From Macrostomum hystrix (lineage: Eukaryota; Animalia; Platyhelminthes): DNA of 64,000 nucleotides. The notes beneath the pieces are model-generated. The model did not search any database, was not told the DNA's origin, and saw only the letters and a program-made list of their open reading frames with translations. The position numbers and the translations under genes were made by a program. The stretch spans positions 13,392,001-13,456,000 of the forward strand of contig CATNEN010000007.1 in the NCBI GenBank assembly GCA_950097015.1, read 5' to 3'. The number at the start of each line of letters is the position of its first letter. The stretch's first letter is position 1. Shown in pieces: positions 37,598 to 50,600 of this stretch.

Positions 37598-39419
37598 TCA
37601 GATGGGTGCACCAGGACTAACCACAATGAAGGGTCGAAGGTAAGGTTGAAACGAAGACTAGGTCCTGTCTAGGAACGAGGACTAGGAACGAAGACGAAGA
37701 CTAGGTTTGGGTCTGTGGACAAGGTAAGGTACGCAGAGTCCGTAGGCCTGGAGGGATCGACGACAAGGTAGAAACGTCAGCAGACACGCGAAGGTTGCTA
37801 GGAAGAGACACCGCACCGCTTCATTTTAATAGAACCAGAGTCGCGCGCACGCCATTATCGCATCATCCGCCCGACCTTGACCTGTTTACCAGACAGCCGA
37901 ATCGCGTGGTTTGGCCGCCGTACGGCCAATTGGTTGGGACGGGTGTTGGATGGGGACGCGTTTGGGAAAAATTATTATTTGAGACAAAAAACTGGAGCGA
38001 AGACGGATGATTATGTTGGGGAGAACAAAGCGGCGGACGGAGATGGGTGTGCGAAACAATAAGGATTGATTTATTTCTATATGTGTAATGGAAGAGGGAG
38101 GGAGGTATGTGCGCTTGACAGATTAAAAATTCTATAAATCACCAAGAAGGAGAGGGTGAGTGAAATTTGACAAGGAAAAAGCGCTTAGATACGATGCCAG
38201 CACTAGGAGCTATGTAAACGTAGGAATCTCAGAGGCGCTAGGAGCATTCGAGAAGGTCAAAGTATGTGTGAATAATAGACAAACGGAGACGTTCACGCAG
38301 CACCTATCAGTTTCACCGTTGAATGTCTGGACGGACGCTCTTTTACGAAATATTTCATTCCTCTGATCCATGCTACAGTGTAGACAGGATCAGCTCACAT
38401 GTGGCTATAAACAAAAGTCCTATCAGCTACACATGATTAAGAAGCAATTCAAATGAATATAGCAAGTGTCAACTCCAACAAATTCCATTGAAGGAAAAAC
38501 GGTTGTGTCCAACAGGCACCTTCCAGATGGCAGTGAAACGATTGAGAAACACCCCGCAGCGACAGACCAAGGATATAAACATCTGCCAGCAGCACCAAGC
38601 AGTGATTGAGAAATACATGCAGCAAGGTTACCCGCGCTCATACTGAGAAGCTCAAAGATGAGTTTCCAAATGCAGCTGAAACAGTTTTGCGCTCGAAATA
38701 CATGGCCGATAGTCTCGATTCCGCTCCAACCGAGGCGGCCGCCTGCCAGCTGTACGAATAACTCAGCGAACTCTGACATCTCACTGGCATGCACACAAGA
38801 AAGTGGGTTTCAAACTCAAGAGCAAAGCAAGAGTGCTGGCGAGAGTACCACCAGACGACCGAACAGCAGAGGTGACATTGGACAACAAGGAACTCCCAGG
38901 CACATAGAACTTAGGTGTCACACTGCAGGGTGACAAAGATGAATTCAAATTTAAGGAGGAAACGCAGATGTGTAGGATTACAAGAGAGGTCTGCTAAAAA
39001 AGCTGTCAAGTGTCTTTGATCCGCTTTGGCTAATCGCTCCATTCGTCGTGCAGGTCCAATATGCTGATGCAGGAGCTGTAGCAGTCCGATCTTGACTGGG
39101 ACGAACCGCTAAATGTCCAGTTCTCATTGAAAGTGACCGGCTGGTGCACTGAATAACAGCATTTGATTGGCATTCGACTGTCCAGAGCGCTAGAGGAGGA
39201 AAAGTCACAGAATGGTAGTCTGCACATGTTCGTCGATGCCTCAGTGAAAGCTTACTGAGCTTTCTGTTACTGGAGGAGTGAAGCAGCCACTGGTGGTGAA
39301 TGGTCATCTCGGATTATCGTCTCGAAGACACAGGTACCTCCTACTGTAATGGTTTTATTCCTTGCCTTAGAGGCAGTGATCGAACTGTAGCGTGAATGGT
39401 GACAAATTAGCTGAATAAT

Positions 39420-41165
39420 TGTCACTTCTAATGTACGCTCTCTCTCTCTATGTACATCGCTAATAATGAACTTTACTTTGTATTGCATAAATATAGCGAG
39501 CACTGCCTCAATGGGTGGTGTTACAAGTGGTAGCAGAGCTCAGAATGGCAGTGTAGCCGCCGCGCGATTCGGATAACTTTTAGCTCTGGCAACTTTAATG
39601 AGTGGCTGCAGCGGTTTAAACTGTGCAGCAGCCAACAAGTGACAAACGACAAGCACTTACATCTGCCAACGTTTCTGGATGGCGAAGCTCTGGCGGTCTT
39701 CCTTGAGCTCGGTGACAAGTACAAGCGCGACTACAGTGGAGTGACCAAAGCATTAACCGAGGCCTTTCACCCGGACAGCCAGCACTTCTCAGCGCTGGAG
39801 GCATTCGAGAGCCGGAAGCAGCTGCCTGGTGAACCTCCTCGGCTGTTCCTCTACCACCTGAAGCAGCTGCTCAAGGACGCCGGCAGCCCGTTGTCCATCG
39901 TGGAAAATAGTTCCTGCAGAGCATGAAGCAAGTTTAGCTGGAGAGCGCGCACCTGGAGCTGTGGGCAGTCAATCAGCGGTGCGACAGGTGGCCAGCCTGA
40001 TGGTGTCTCTCTGAGGCATCGAGCGGCGGCACCCGTTCTATGCGTCGGATGGCCTCGTGGCTGCTGTTATCATTGGGTTGGACTTCATAAAGGCCTGCAA
40101 CATGTGTCTGGACTTTAGCGAAAGCTCAGAGGCACCCCCAAAGAGCTCGCGCGCAATGGACGGCGTGAGCCACCTCGACGCCGATAGCCAGCTGGAGGAC
40201 CTGGACCTTGCTGAAGCTGGTGCCGGATTTCAGCAAGGATGAGGTCGGCCTGCCTGTCGTAAAGGATCCGGATATCCGAGCCCTGGTGCACGAGTTTAGA
40301 AAAATCTTCTCAAGGCGACCGGGACTGACGGATCACTACGAGCACAGCATCCCAGTGATCATCCCAGTGATCGACGATGTTCCGGTGCGGATCCCTCCGA
40401 GGAAGCTGCCAGTCCACTGGGAGCCCGAGGTGAGCAAGCTGATCCAGGAGCTGCTGGATAACGATATAGCCATAGCCAGGGCGGTCCGATGGACACAGCG
40501 GGGAGGCGGGGGTCGCCCATTCCGCTAATCCCTGAAAGACCCGCTTCGCCCGATGGCGCGGGGCCAGTCAGGGAGGTCCGTAGCCGGTCCTTCCTGCAGT
40601 TTGCTCTTCAATAGGGAAGAAAGATGCTCGTCTGGTAGCCCTCAGGAACCGGACGAGCCGCGGAATGTTCTCGGATCTGAAAACGTCGTCCATAGAAGGG
40701 TTTGGTCCGAGGTGATTAAGCCTCTCCCTGATAAAGAAAGGGCAGTGACAAACGAAGTGCAGGGCATCCTCGTTCTCAAGGTTGCAAAACGGGCACAGCT
40801 CACTCAGGAGGTCTCCTCGGAGGAAACAGTGTCTGGCGTAGCAGCCATGGCCCGTGAGGGTCATGGTGAGGGCCCGGATGTCCTTCCGGGTTTGGTTTAG
40901 AAGAACCTTCCGGAGAGTGCCAGACCTGCCAACTGAAAAAAGCACAGCACCTGCCCGCAGCCCCACTCGGCAAGATGCCGATCGGCAAGCCCCGGCAGAC
41001 GGTGGCGATTGATGTGCTGAAAGTGCCAACATCAGACCGAGGCAACAGCTACCTGCTGGTGATGCAGGACCAGTTCTCCAAGTTCCTTACCGCCGTGCGC
41101 CCTGCCGATGCCGAACCAGACTGCCAAGACCATCGCAGACGCTGCTCCAAGTGGCTCTTCGAAAA
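39420..41165 (+). mobile_element. Decayed Gypsy element (LTR end, PBS, gag, protease, RT start, integrase start)
   Basis: ...gttaca followed by PBS TGGTAGCAGAGC (~39528); gag LPTFLDGEALAVF; RT start PGLT..YEH.I...PVRIPPR; integrase VAIDVL..P.S.RGN.YLLV..D.FSKF. Confidence 0.75.
40477..40912 (-). mobile_element. 3' fragment of the same LOA-like LINE family, replacing the Gypsy RT/RNase H
   Basis: Near-identical to 36910-37437; no tail or TSD visible. Confidence 0.85.
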
Positions 41166-42349
41166 GCATTTTTCTGGTCGGACAATGTGATATTGGATTG
41201 TGGCCGGGGCAAACTTCATTCGTCGCCTCTTGAGTAAGTGAGATCCAGACTTTAACAGATCCAAGCCATTGTTTCGGCAGACGTCAATCCAGCAGATCTC
41301 CTGTCTCGTGGAATGTCGATAAGAGCCTTGGCGGTCAGTCAGCTGCAGTTTCTCCTGGCCTCAGTTTCTCCTGGAAGAGCCAGCGAACGTGCAAGATCCG
41401 AAAATCATTGAAGACAAACGCAAGGATAGGCGCCCAGCGCCCAATGAGCACTCGACCGGTCATGCAAGCCACAGTGCGTACATCACCCAAGGTCATGACA
41501 TATATAATCGTCTGGATCCAATGTGCTTCAACAGTTGGAACAGAGTTGTGCACATTCACGCTTGGGTAACAAGGTTCGCCCAACAAGTGTCGGTCGACAA
41601 AGGAGCATAGAGAGACGTGTCACCTGAAGAGATGGAAGCATGTGCACGTTAAACAGTGCACGTCTCGTACGTGTCAAGTCCAGGATTGTTCAGCAAGCTC
41701 AGCAAAAAGCATTTTCTGCCATTTTCTGAAGGCAAGAAATATCTTGCCTTCGCTTAGAGAAGCCGTTACCGACGCGCTGTAGAATCACAAATCTATAATC
41801 AAAAGTTTGACGTCAACGACCTGATGCACGCAGATGGAAGACTGAAGACTGTAGTAGCTGATGTGCTATTTTTCAGTGCATGCTTCCCTATCATCCTACC
41901 AAGATTGCATCGTGTGACAGAGCTCATTGTGAAGCATCACCACGAAAAGGTCCAACATCTGGGAACGAATCAAATGCTGGTGGCGCTTTCTAACCGGTTT
42001 TGGATCATCCCAGCCAGAGAAACAATTAAATCGTCGGAGGCAAAATGCGCGGAATGCCAAAGGCAGAATTCTGGACCCGCTAGCCCAATTGCCTGCTTGC
42101 CGATTTAATGAGCCGCTTCGTGCCTTCGCTTGAGTTGCTGTCGACTTTGCCAGCCCTTTCATCACCAAGCAGGGCCGCGAAAAGACTCACCAGAAGAGGT
42201 ACTTGGCGTAGTTCACCTGCCTAGCGTGTGTTCTTTTTTGGAATGTACTGATGAACGTGGGCTTATTGAGTAACTGTTGCAATAGCGTTAATATATTTTT
42301 CTAATGACCAGTCACTAATCCGTATGAGCATGCTCATGCATTTTTTCTC

Positions 42350-44283
42350 AGATTCTCAAATTCGCATTCGTTTTTTGGTGGTAGCTTACTGTGGTAGCCA
42401 CCTGCGCTGGAGAAAAGAGCTGGCATGTCAACAACATGGCAGCATATCATATTATCAACAATTGTACGTCGAAGTGTCCTGTAGTTCAGACGCTTTTGCA
42501 GACGATTGCGCTGATGTCCTTACGGTGTGGTCTAAAGGTGCGAGCCTTTTATGTGCCAGGAGAGTTTCAAATCGTCGCTGATGTAGCATCTCGGTTGCAC
42601 GATCGCATTCAGATTATAAAATTTTTACTTCGCAGCTATAGCTACTTGTGCCCGTTTGCTTTGCTATCTACTCGTATGTATCAACATGCTTTCTGCCCTG
42701 CCACTGCCAACTTCCTTCATTTTCAGGCCGCCAAGCTGCTCCAGACTCTCTCAGCCACCGGGCCGCATCTCTGCTGAACGTCTCGTATGCACCACGGTCG
42801 AGGCAGGCTGTGGCTAGGCACATCTGTCAATGGCTTGCTCACTGCAAACCGACCTGCTCTGACCCTGTATCCTAACCGCTGAGCAGTCTACTTAACTGCC
42901 TGGCCAGCCTAGTTGGGACGTGCATGCGAGCGTACGGCAGGGTGGCATCAGTCACCAGCTCCTTCTACATGGTTTCGCGTCGACTCTGCACCGGATCTGA
43001 CCAAGCATGCCGCTACCGCCCTCCTGCGAGGCGCCAAACGAGAGCTGGGACTGCACGTGTCAAGAAAACGACCAGTTACGCCACTCATGTTGCTGGAATT
43101 TTAATGGCCAGCCAGTTGTTCTGATGGCTTTTAGCTGGCGTGCTGGGCAGTCACCGTCTGCTGTTGGTGGGGAATGCATCGGAAATATACTTTTCTGCCA
43201 ACTTCTCTAAAGGTCCGGCACGGGTGCGCTGGCACGGGTGCTTCTTCGACATCCGCGAGGTCTGGTCTTGCGCCTGGAGCACAAGACTCTATAGTTCAAA
43301 GAGCGCGTGCACCAGGTGCTTCTGCCGAGGCTAGTGAGGCGGACGCCGCTGTGCCCAGTCCTGGCTATCGAGAAGCACACTAAAGCCATCTCTCTGCAAT
43401 CGGCCGATGCGGGCCTCTTTTCATATCGCGATGCCGGTGGCAACCAGTGGCTGGTGACCGGCAGGTTGCTCTATCGTTTTCTAGCTGACAAGTTGGGCGT
43501 GGCAGGCTTTAAGCGCGAGCACTTCTCAACACACAGCCTTCGCCGAGGCGGTGCGACCTGCGCTTCGGTGTTAGGCGTGCCCGTTCATGACATCATGCGG
43601 ATCGGAGACTGGAAGAGCGACGCAGTGCAGCGGTACCTCCCGCAGTTTCAGCAGGGCCTGGCGGCGTCCGTCGTGTTTGCGAATGGTGTAGGGAATCTAG
43701 TTTAAGTTCTTCATTGCTTTTATTGTAGCTCTTTGTCGCTAACGCTCGTTATTTTTGTATTGTCATCTTTGTCGCTTCCCCTCCATTTCGTTGCATTGTT
43801 GTTTCTGCAGCTTACGCTCGTATCCTATTTTTTTCGTCGCATTGTTGTCTTCGTCGCGTACTCTCCATTTCGTTGCTTTTGGCTTTGGAGGTCTCGCTGC
43901 TGCTTTCGCCGACTTTGTGCCAAATTATCGTGCTTCGTTGTTCGTGCTTTGGGGGGGCACTAATGCTGCGGTTTGCTCTGGGCTCGAACGTGAGCAAACC
44001 GGCTTTTGTGCCCAAGCACATTTGCTCTGTGCGCATCCCCCCGCCGCGCGTGTCGGCTCACCTGTCTCACTAGGGCGTGCTCCCACCCCTCCGCTGGTGG
44101 GGGGTATTTTATGCCAGCCATTCTATTTTGCAGATCGTGTTTTCGCGCAGTTTTTTCTTTATTTCTTACTTTTATCCTCATCGTTGCAATTTACTATATA
44201 ATTCAATAAAATATTAGGTCTCGCTGCTGCTTTCGCCGACTTTTTGCCTAATTATTGCTTCGTTGTTCGTACTTTGGGGGCAA
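42350..44283 (+). mobile_element. Ngaro-type YR retrotransposon 3' half (RNase H end, YR, B1-A2-B2 split direct repeats)
   Basis: RNase H end A.YVPG..Q.VAD.ASRL; YR motifs HSLRRGGAT and IMRIGDWKSDAVQRY (stop at 43705); ~70-bp direct repeat at 43889-43960 and 44216-44283. Confidence 0.88.
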
Positions 44284-45553
44284 TAGTAAATTCTTTCTGG
44301 TGCTGAAACTCTTCAAGTGTGGCCTGACGTCGATACGAAATCCGTTGGATAAGGTCTTGAAGTCCATTTTCTTGCCTGGCAAAAATTTTGAGCCAGTCAT
44401 CCAGCTATGTGTGGGATTATATTCGATGGGACTTGGTAGGCACCACCGGCGCTCACTCCATAGCAATAACAATCCGAACCTCGAATCCAAGCCCACGCAG
44501 CAGCCCTCCCTAAGGATCTTCAGATTACATTTAGAAAACTGGATGCTATAAAGTTTTAATTTGATATATTATTTAATCAAACAAGTTCATTAAATTTTAC
44601 GCCGTTATTTTTTTTACCAAAAAAGTAAAAACAACTTCCCTTTCTAACAAGGGAAGCTCTCGGAGCAGTGGGAAGGTGAGGACCATCCTTATCACTGTTG
44701 ACTGATTGGCCTATCAAAAAGTTAATTTTTTGTGATGACACGAATTCTTAGCTGATCATCCTGCTCTTATTGATAATCACATCCGTTTTTCACTCCATCG
44801 AAAGATGCTTTATGAGTGATCAAAAGCTTTCAGACTACAAACAATGATCATCACCTGCGTAATAATGCTACTCATATGATGGGATATGAACTTAATCGCA
44901 TAACCGAGCAGCGTAGATCGTGCTCTTCAGGGAGGTTTTAGGCGTCTGTTGCAGCGTTATACTTTATGATGACATGCGACCGGCCAGTCGCCGGCTATAG
45001 ATTTGACTATTATCTATAGCAATTAGGCATCCGTGGAACGTGAGAGTTTTAGTGTTATGCCATTATGCCCCTTTAACTCAGCTTAATAATTCAGTTTTTC
45101 TTCTGACGATGATCCAGCGACCGCACCTGAGGCAGCTGTCGACACTGCCCGCAGCACTGATCATCACAGATTTACTGGACGAGAAGCGGCAGTCTGGCGG
45201 GTAGTTGACGGTCAGCTTTCGCTGGAGGGTGGAATTAGCCCGCGGCTACTGGGTGGCGATCGAAGTAAGCATCAGGCGGACCAGACAGCTGGGGACTGAA
45301 GGTCTCCCACTGAGCCTGACACCAGGAAGCGGACAGCACAAAAGCTTTCCCGCTTTTAAAAAAATTGCAATTTATGAAATCAGTACAAGATTGAAGGGTT
45401 GATGTTACGAAGCAGCGAATTGAAGCAAAGCTGGAATTGCAGCTTGATGCCTATTGGATAAGAGAATTCACTATGTGAAATTAAATCTCGGTTGGCTATC
45501 CATAAACAAATCTATCTACTTCCTGGAGGATACAGTCGTAAGAACTTGTGACT

Positions 45554-46293
45554 ATGGGAGCCGAGGTCCTGCTCACACTCGTGCGGCTTCTCGGCTTGGG
45601 CGCTGGTGGCCAACTAAAAGCAGAAGACGATTTGGACTGGCTCTGCTCCCGCCTCACGCCCAGTCTCTTTGTGATTCTGGCTAGTGTGGTAGGAGTCAGG
45701 CAGTACGTGTTCACTCCCATCCAGTGTTGGGTGCCTAAGGAGTTCGACAAATCTTGGGAGGAATACGCTGAAAACCTTTGCTGGGTGGAAGGTACATACT
45801 TCAACGCTTCGCGCCCTGTCGAAGAGGGCCCACCTAGACTGCAAGATGAGCGACGGTCGGCGGTGCTTCCGTACTATCAATGGGTTCCAATAGTTCTTAG
45901 TCTACAAAGCATTGGATTTTACCTGCCGCATCTGTTCTGGAAGGTGGCCGCCAAACCGTTACATTCTGCAGTACAGACCGCTGCAAAGGCTGCCCGTGAC
46001 TGGGATGGCGACAGCCTGGGTGACTCAGGCCGGTTAGCACAGCGTGTGGCCGTGCTGAGCAGGCAAATTGAGCCGCTACTGGGCCGAAGTACAACCTACA
46101 GCCAGCTGGGCAAGTGCCCGAGCAGATTCTCAGCGTTGTACATCTTCTATAAACTGATGTACATAGCAAACTGCCTTTGTCAGCTCTTACTAATGCAGAG
46201 CTTCCTGGGTCTGTCAAGTATTTACTTTGGCTTTGCCTTGCTCCTCGATGCCAGTTCTGGACGGCACTGGCGGCTCAGTGGATACTTCCCCAG
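45554..46293 (+). CDS. Innexin (gap junction/pannexin family), first coding exon; remaining exons not found in the window
   Basis: DD..D.L....T, QYV..PIQCW.P.EF..SWE.YAEN.CW, the YYQWVP signature, and G.FPR ending at donor gtaaga (46294). Confidence 0.92.
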
Positions 46294-47639
46294 GTAAGAC
46301 TTAGTTCAGTTTAGTCCCTTGTACATAGCATTAGGTAGTATGCCTTTGTGTATAAATTATAACTTTTGAATACTATCGGTTTTCAATAATCTTTTGAAAA
46401 AAGTCTGATCTACTCGAGTGTGAAAACTCATAAGCTGTCCTATGGGAAGCTCCTTATTTTTCTTGTATCGTACTTTGACCAAACCTGAAGAGCCAATCGG
46501 AGTGATTTCGCAGTATTTAATCGAAAAATATCGTTTCTCGGTCATCGATCTACGAACCAAAAAAATTTTATATAGCTGTTTTACTAACTGTAAATATTAA
46601 TAATAAAATATAGTTGCAGGAGGGCTGTGGGCGCTGGACTATATATTTTCATGACTGTGGATCCGCAGCTAGCGAGAGGAAATTCTGCCAATTCTGTACA
46701 CACATTGCCTTAGGGGTGGTCCTCAAAGGCGTCAGCTGAGCAATCAAGCAGCTGCGGCCCAAACTAATTTTGAAATCGAGCTTCGTGACCTTGTTGCGAG
46801 AGGCGAACAATTTAACCGTTCTGCCACTCAGTCCCACTAGTTTATTCTTAAGAAAACTTAAAGTTGTAATTTAAATAACTAATTATTTATTTCTTAGTTT
46901 TCGTTGTAGCTCATTGTAGTTTTCGTTGTAGCTCATCATTAGGGAACCACTCACGCACAAAGTTGATGTCGCTGGAAAGCTACAAGTCTAATTTTAAAAT
47001 GGCTTTGATTTCAAAGGCTTTAGTTTGTAGTTGTTTTAGAGATATAATGGTTTCGTTGAGTAGAGCAAGATCAGTCATAGTATAGTTGTTACAGAGTGTA
47101 CACATAGTATAATGCATTACGAGTCGTACTCACACACGTGGTACTTGCGAGCTTTACACATTCGTAGTGTACCAGCTAGTGTTGAAGATTATAGATTAGT
47201 TTTCTGCAAAACGGAGCTTTTTGCTAGCTCGTACAAACCACCAAAAATGAAAGTTTGTGGGCTTTACCATAAAAGGGTGTGCTTCTTATCGGATTATATA
47301 AACTTTAGTACGAGCTACGAGCTAAATAAGTATCTAATTTCAAATTTACAGGTCTCTTGACTTTCAGAAGTTATACGAGAAATCAAATATGCAGAAAACC
47401 TCTATATTTATGCGTATGAATAAGTAAAAATAAACTAGCTCGTATTTTGCCTTCGTCCGAATCGCTCGAACTCGCTTTAAGGGCACTTAAAAAGTCCTTG
47501 AATCAGAGAGCACACCGAATTCAAAACCAACTCTCAAGTTACGTGGCACCCTTGAATTTTTGCATTGCATTTTTGGTCTCAGAACGTTTTTCTCCATTGC
47601 TTGAGCACTGGGATATAAGTAGTAACGTAAAAAACTCTC

Positions 47640-50600
47640 TGTAGAGACTTCACTTAAGATTGTAGAACGAACTCTACTACCAAACGCGATGACACAGCGA
47701 CTTTTATATTTTATTTTATTTATAAAATCGATAGCAGACTCCACGCATGCACATTGGATAGAAGGTTTAAAAGCACGTACATCAACACACGTACATTCCA
47801 AAATTGGATACGTGCCGGGCAGGTGCACAACACACCTGCCTTAGCCAGCCGCAAACAGAGCCACGTCACCACATCCCTCCCCAACAAAACAGGAACCGGG
47901 GGGAGATGGCAAGCAAGGTAATTTATCAAGGAAAGCAAAAGTCATGGCAAAAGTAACAACTCAGTCAGTCGGTCAAAAATAGCTCAGTCTGTCCGGTGTA
48001 GCTCGCTGCCTGGTTGACCGTCGAATCGGCACCGGGTCGCCCGTGTCTGCGGTGTCGCTGGCGACCGCAGCTGCCGCAGCCGATGTCTGGGTTTCCGCTG
48101 CCGCCGGTTCCGCGACAGGCTCGGCTTCCGACTCCTGGGCCGCAGCGGCTGGCGCGGTTGACAGCGGCTTGCGCAGCTGATCGATGTGGCGCTGAGCCTG
48201 CCGGCCGTCGTCGAACTGGCACGAGAAAGACGCCGCTCCGGAGCTGGCAGTCACCACTGCCGGCTTCCATCTGCCATCCGCCGCGAAATCTCTCGCCACC
48301 ACAGCATCGCCTACCTCGATGTGGCGATCACGGGCGTTGGCGTCGTGTTGCTGTTTCTGTATCGCTTGCTGGAGAGCCACCCTCGCTGGAAGATCCGGCC
48401 GCACTCGATCGAGTAGGGACCGCAGCCGCCTACCCATCAGCAGTTCACACGGCGGGGCGCCAGTCGTGGCGTGAGGCGTCACGCGGTAGGTCAGTAGGAA
48501 GCGCGCCACCCGGCCCTCCAGCGAGCCGCTCTTCTGCTTCGCCAGCGACTTCTTTAGCGTTTGGACCGCTCGCTCCGCCTGCCCGTTGGACGCCGGGTGA
48601 TAGGGCGCGGTCCGCACGTGCCGGATGCCGTTCTGCTGCAGGAACTTCTCCATCTCCTCGCTGACCAGGTTGCGGCCGTTGTCCGTCACGATGATGTCTG
48701 GCAGCCCATGAGTGCAGAAGCTCTCCCGCAGCCTCTGGATGGTCGCCGCCGAAGTTGTGGACGTCATGACATGCACGTCCATCCACTTGGAGTGGGCATC
48801 GACTACCACCAGCAGCATCTTGCCCTCGACTGGGCCTGCAAAATCAATATGGAGGCGCGACCACGGCCTGTCCGGCCACGCCCATGGGTGCAGCGGAACC
48901 GGTGCCGGTGACTTCTGCAGCTCTCGACAGTCCGCGCAGTCACTGGCAAGCTGCTCGATCGCCTCATCCAACTTGGGCCACCAAAAGAAACTTCGAGCGA
49001 GCGCCTTCATTCTGGACGCACCCTGGTGTCCTTGGTGCAGACACTGTAGCAGCGCAGACCGGCCGGCGTGCGGCACCACGACTCGAGTGCCCCAGAGCAG
49101 ACAGCCGTCCTGCACGCTGAGCTGGTCGCGTCGGGATCGATACGGCTGCAGTTCTGGGCTCGTCTGCTCCGGCCAGCAGCCGCATTCGGTGAAGTGCAGC
49201 GCTCTGGAAAGGACCGGGTCCTTCCGGGTCCAGACTCGAATGTCTCCGGCTGTGACCGGTCCTTCGTCCAGCATGTCCATGACGAGAACCACGTCTGCTG
49301 GTACTGGTGCGTCCCGCGGTCTCTCGGGAAGCGGCAGCCGGCTCAGCGCGTCCGCTCGCAGCAGCGATCGGCCGGACCGGTGCTCCATCGTGTAACTGTA
49401 GGCGGACAGGAGAAGCGCCCACCGCTGGATCCTGCCTGATGCCATCGCAGGAATCGGCTTGCCTTCATGCAGCAGCCCCAGCAGCGGCTTGTGGTCGCTG
49501 ATGAGTGTGAATTTCCGGCCGTACAGGTACGAGTGAAAGCGTTTTACGCCGAAGATTATTGCTAGGGCTTCCTTGTCCAACTGGGAATACCTTGTCTCGG
49601 CGTCGTGCAACGAGCGTGAAGCGAAAGCGATGGGCTGGTCGATGCCGTTAATCCGGTGGCTGATGACAGCGCCGATGCCGTACGGCGAGGCGTCGCACTC
49701 CAGGACCAATGGCTTGCTGTCGTCAAAATGCACCAGGACCGGCGCCTTACTGAGGAGCTTCTTGCACTTGTTGAACGCGGCGTCTTGCGGGGCACCCCAA
49801 CGCCACTCGGCGCCCTGGTCTAGTAGGCGGTGCAGCGATGCCAGCTCGGCAGATAAGTTCGGCATGAACTTGCCATAATAGTTGACCATGCCAAGGAAGC
49901 TGCGGAGCTGCGTCACATTCCGCGGTGGTGGAGCGTCCACGATCGCGCGCACCTTGTCCTGAAGCGGATGGAGGCCTGCGGCGTCGATCCTGTGGCCTAG
50001 GTAGCAGACGCTCTCCTGCATGAAGTTGCACTTGCCGAGGCCGCAGCGCAGACCGCTCTGTTGCAGTCGCTGCAGCACCAGCTCTAGGGAGCGTAAATGG
50101 CTTCCGTCGTCAGCACCAGTAATGATCAGATCATCAATGAAGCAGGCGACATGCGGGATGGACTGCAGCAGGCTGTCCATGTACCGCTGGAAGATGCCGA
50201 CAGCTGGAGCGACGCCGAACGGCAGCCGGGTATACCGAAGCAGGCCCTTAGAGGTGTTGATGGTGCAGAGTTGCTGGGCTGCTTCGTCAAGCGGCATCTG
50301 GGAGTAGGCCTGCGACAAGTCGAGCTTGGTGAACTTTTGGCCGCCGGCCAGCTTGGCAAAAAGCTCGTCAATGCGTGGCAGCGGGTACTTGTCAGGCTCG
50401 ATGTTGATGTTGACCGTCTGCTTAAAGTCCGCACAGATGCGCACCGAGCCGTCGGACTTGAGGACCGGCACGATCGGCGATGCGTAGTCCGAGCTGTTCA
50501 CGGGAACGAGCACGCCCTGCTCGATTTCTTTGTCGAGCTGGGCCTCCACCTTGGCTTTGAGAGCAAAGGGAACGGTGCGCGCTTTGAAAAATCGAGGCCG

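Larger units (their letters stand above)
38540..42230 (+). mobile_element. Decayed BEL/Pao LTR retrotransposon pol, interrupted by a Gypsy relic
   Basis: RT/RH remnants KYMADSLDS, RKWVSN, LSSVFDPL.LIAPF, DWDEPL and LHMFVDAS (38540-39400). VNPADLLSRG and the PIILP..H.VTELIV.H.H...C.EC integrase follow (41170-42230). Confidence 0.8.

Noticed and set aside
36515-37986. Solo LTR hosting the LINE insertion
   Set aside because: TG...CA ends can be chosen but there is no matching TSD, so it is left as an unidentified repeat.
44290-44530. Possible Tc1-like transposase relic on the minus strand
   Set aside because: Only a faint resemblance to the W...SP..PIE motif and no TIRs found.
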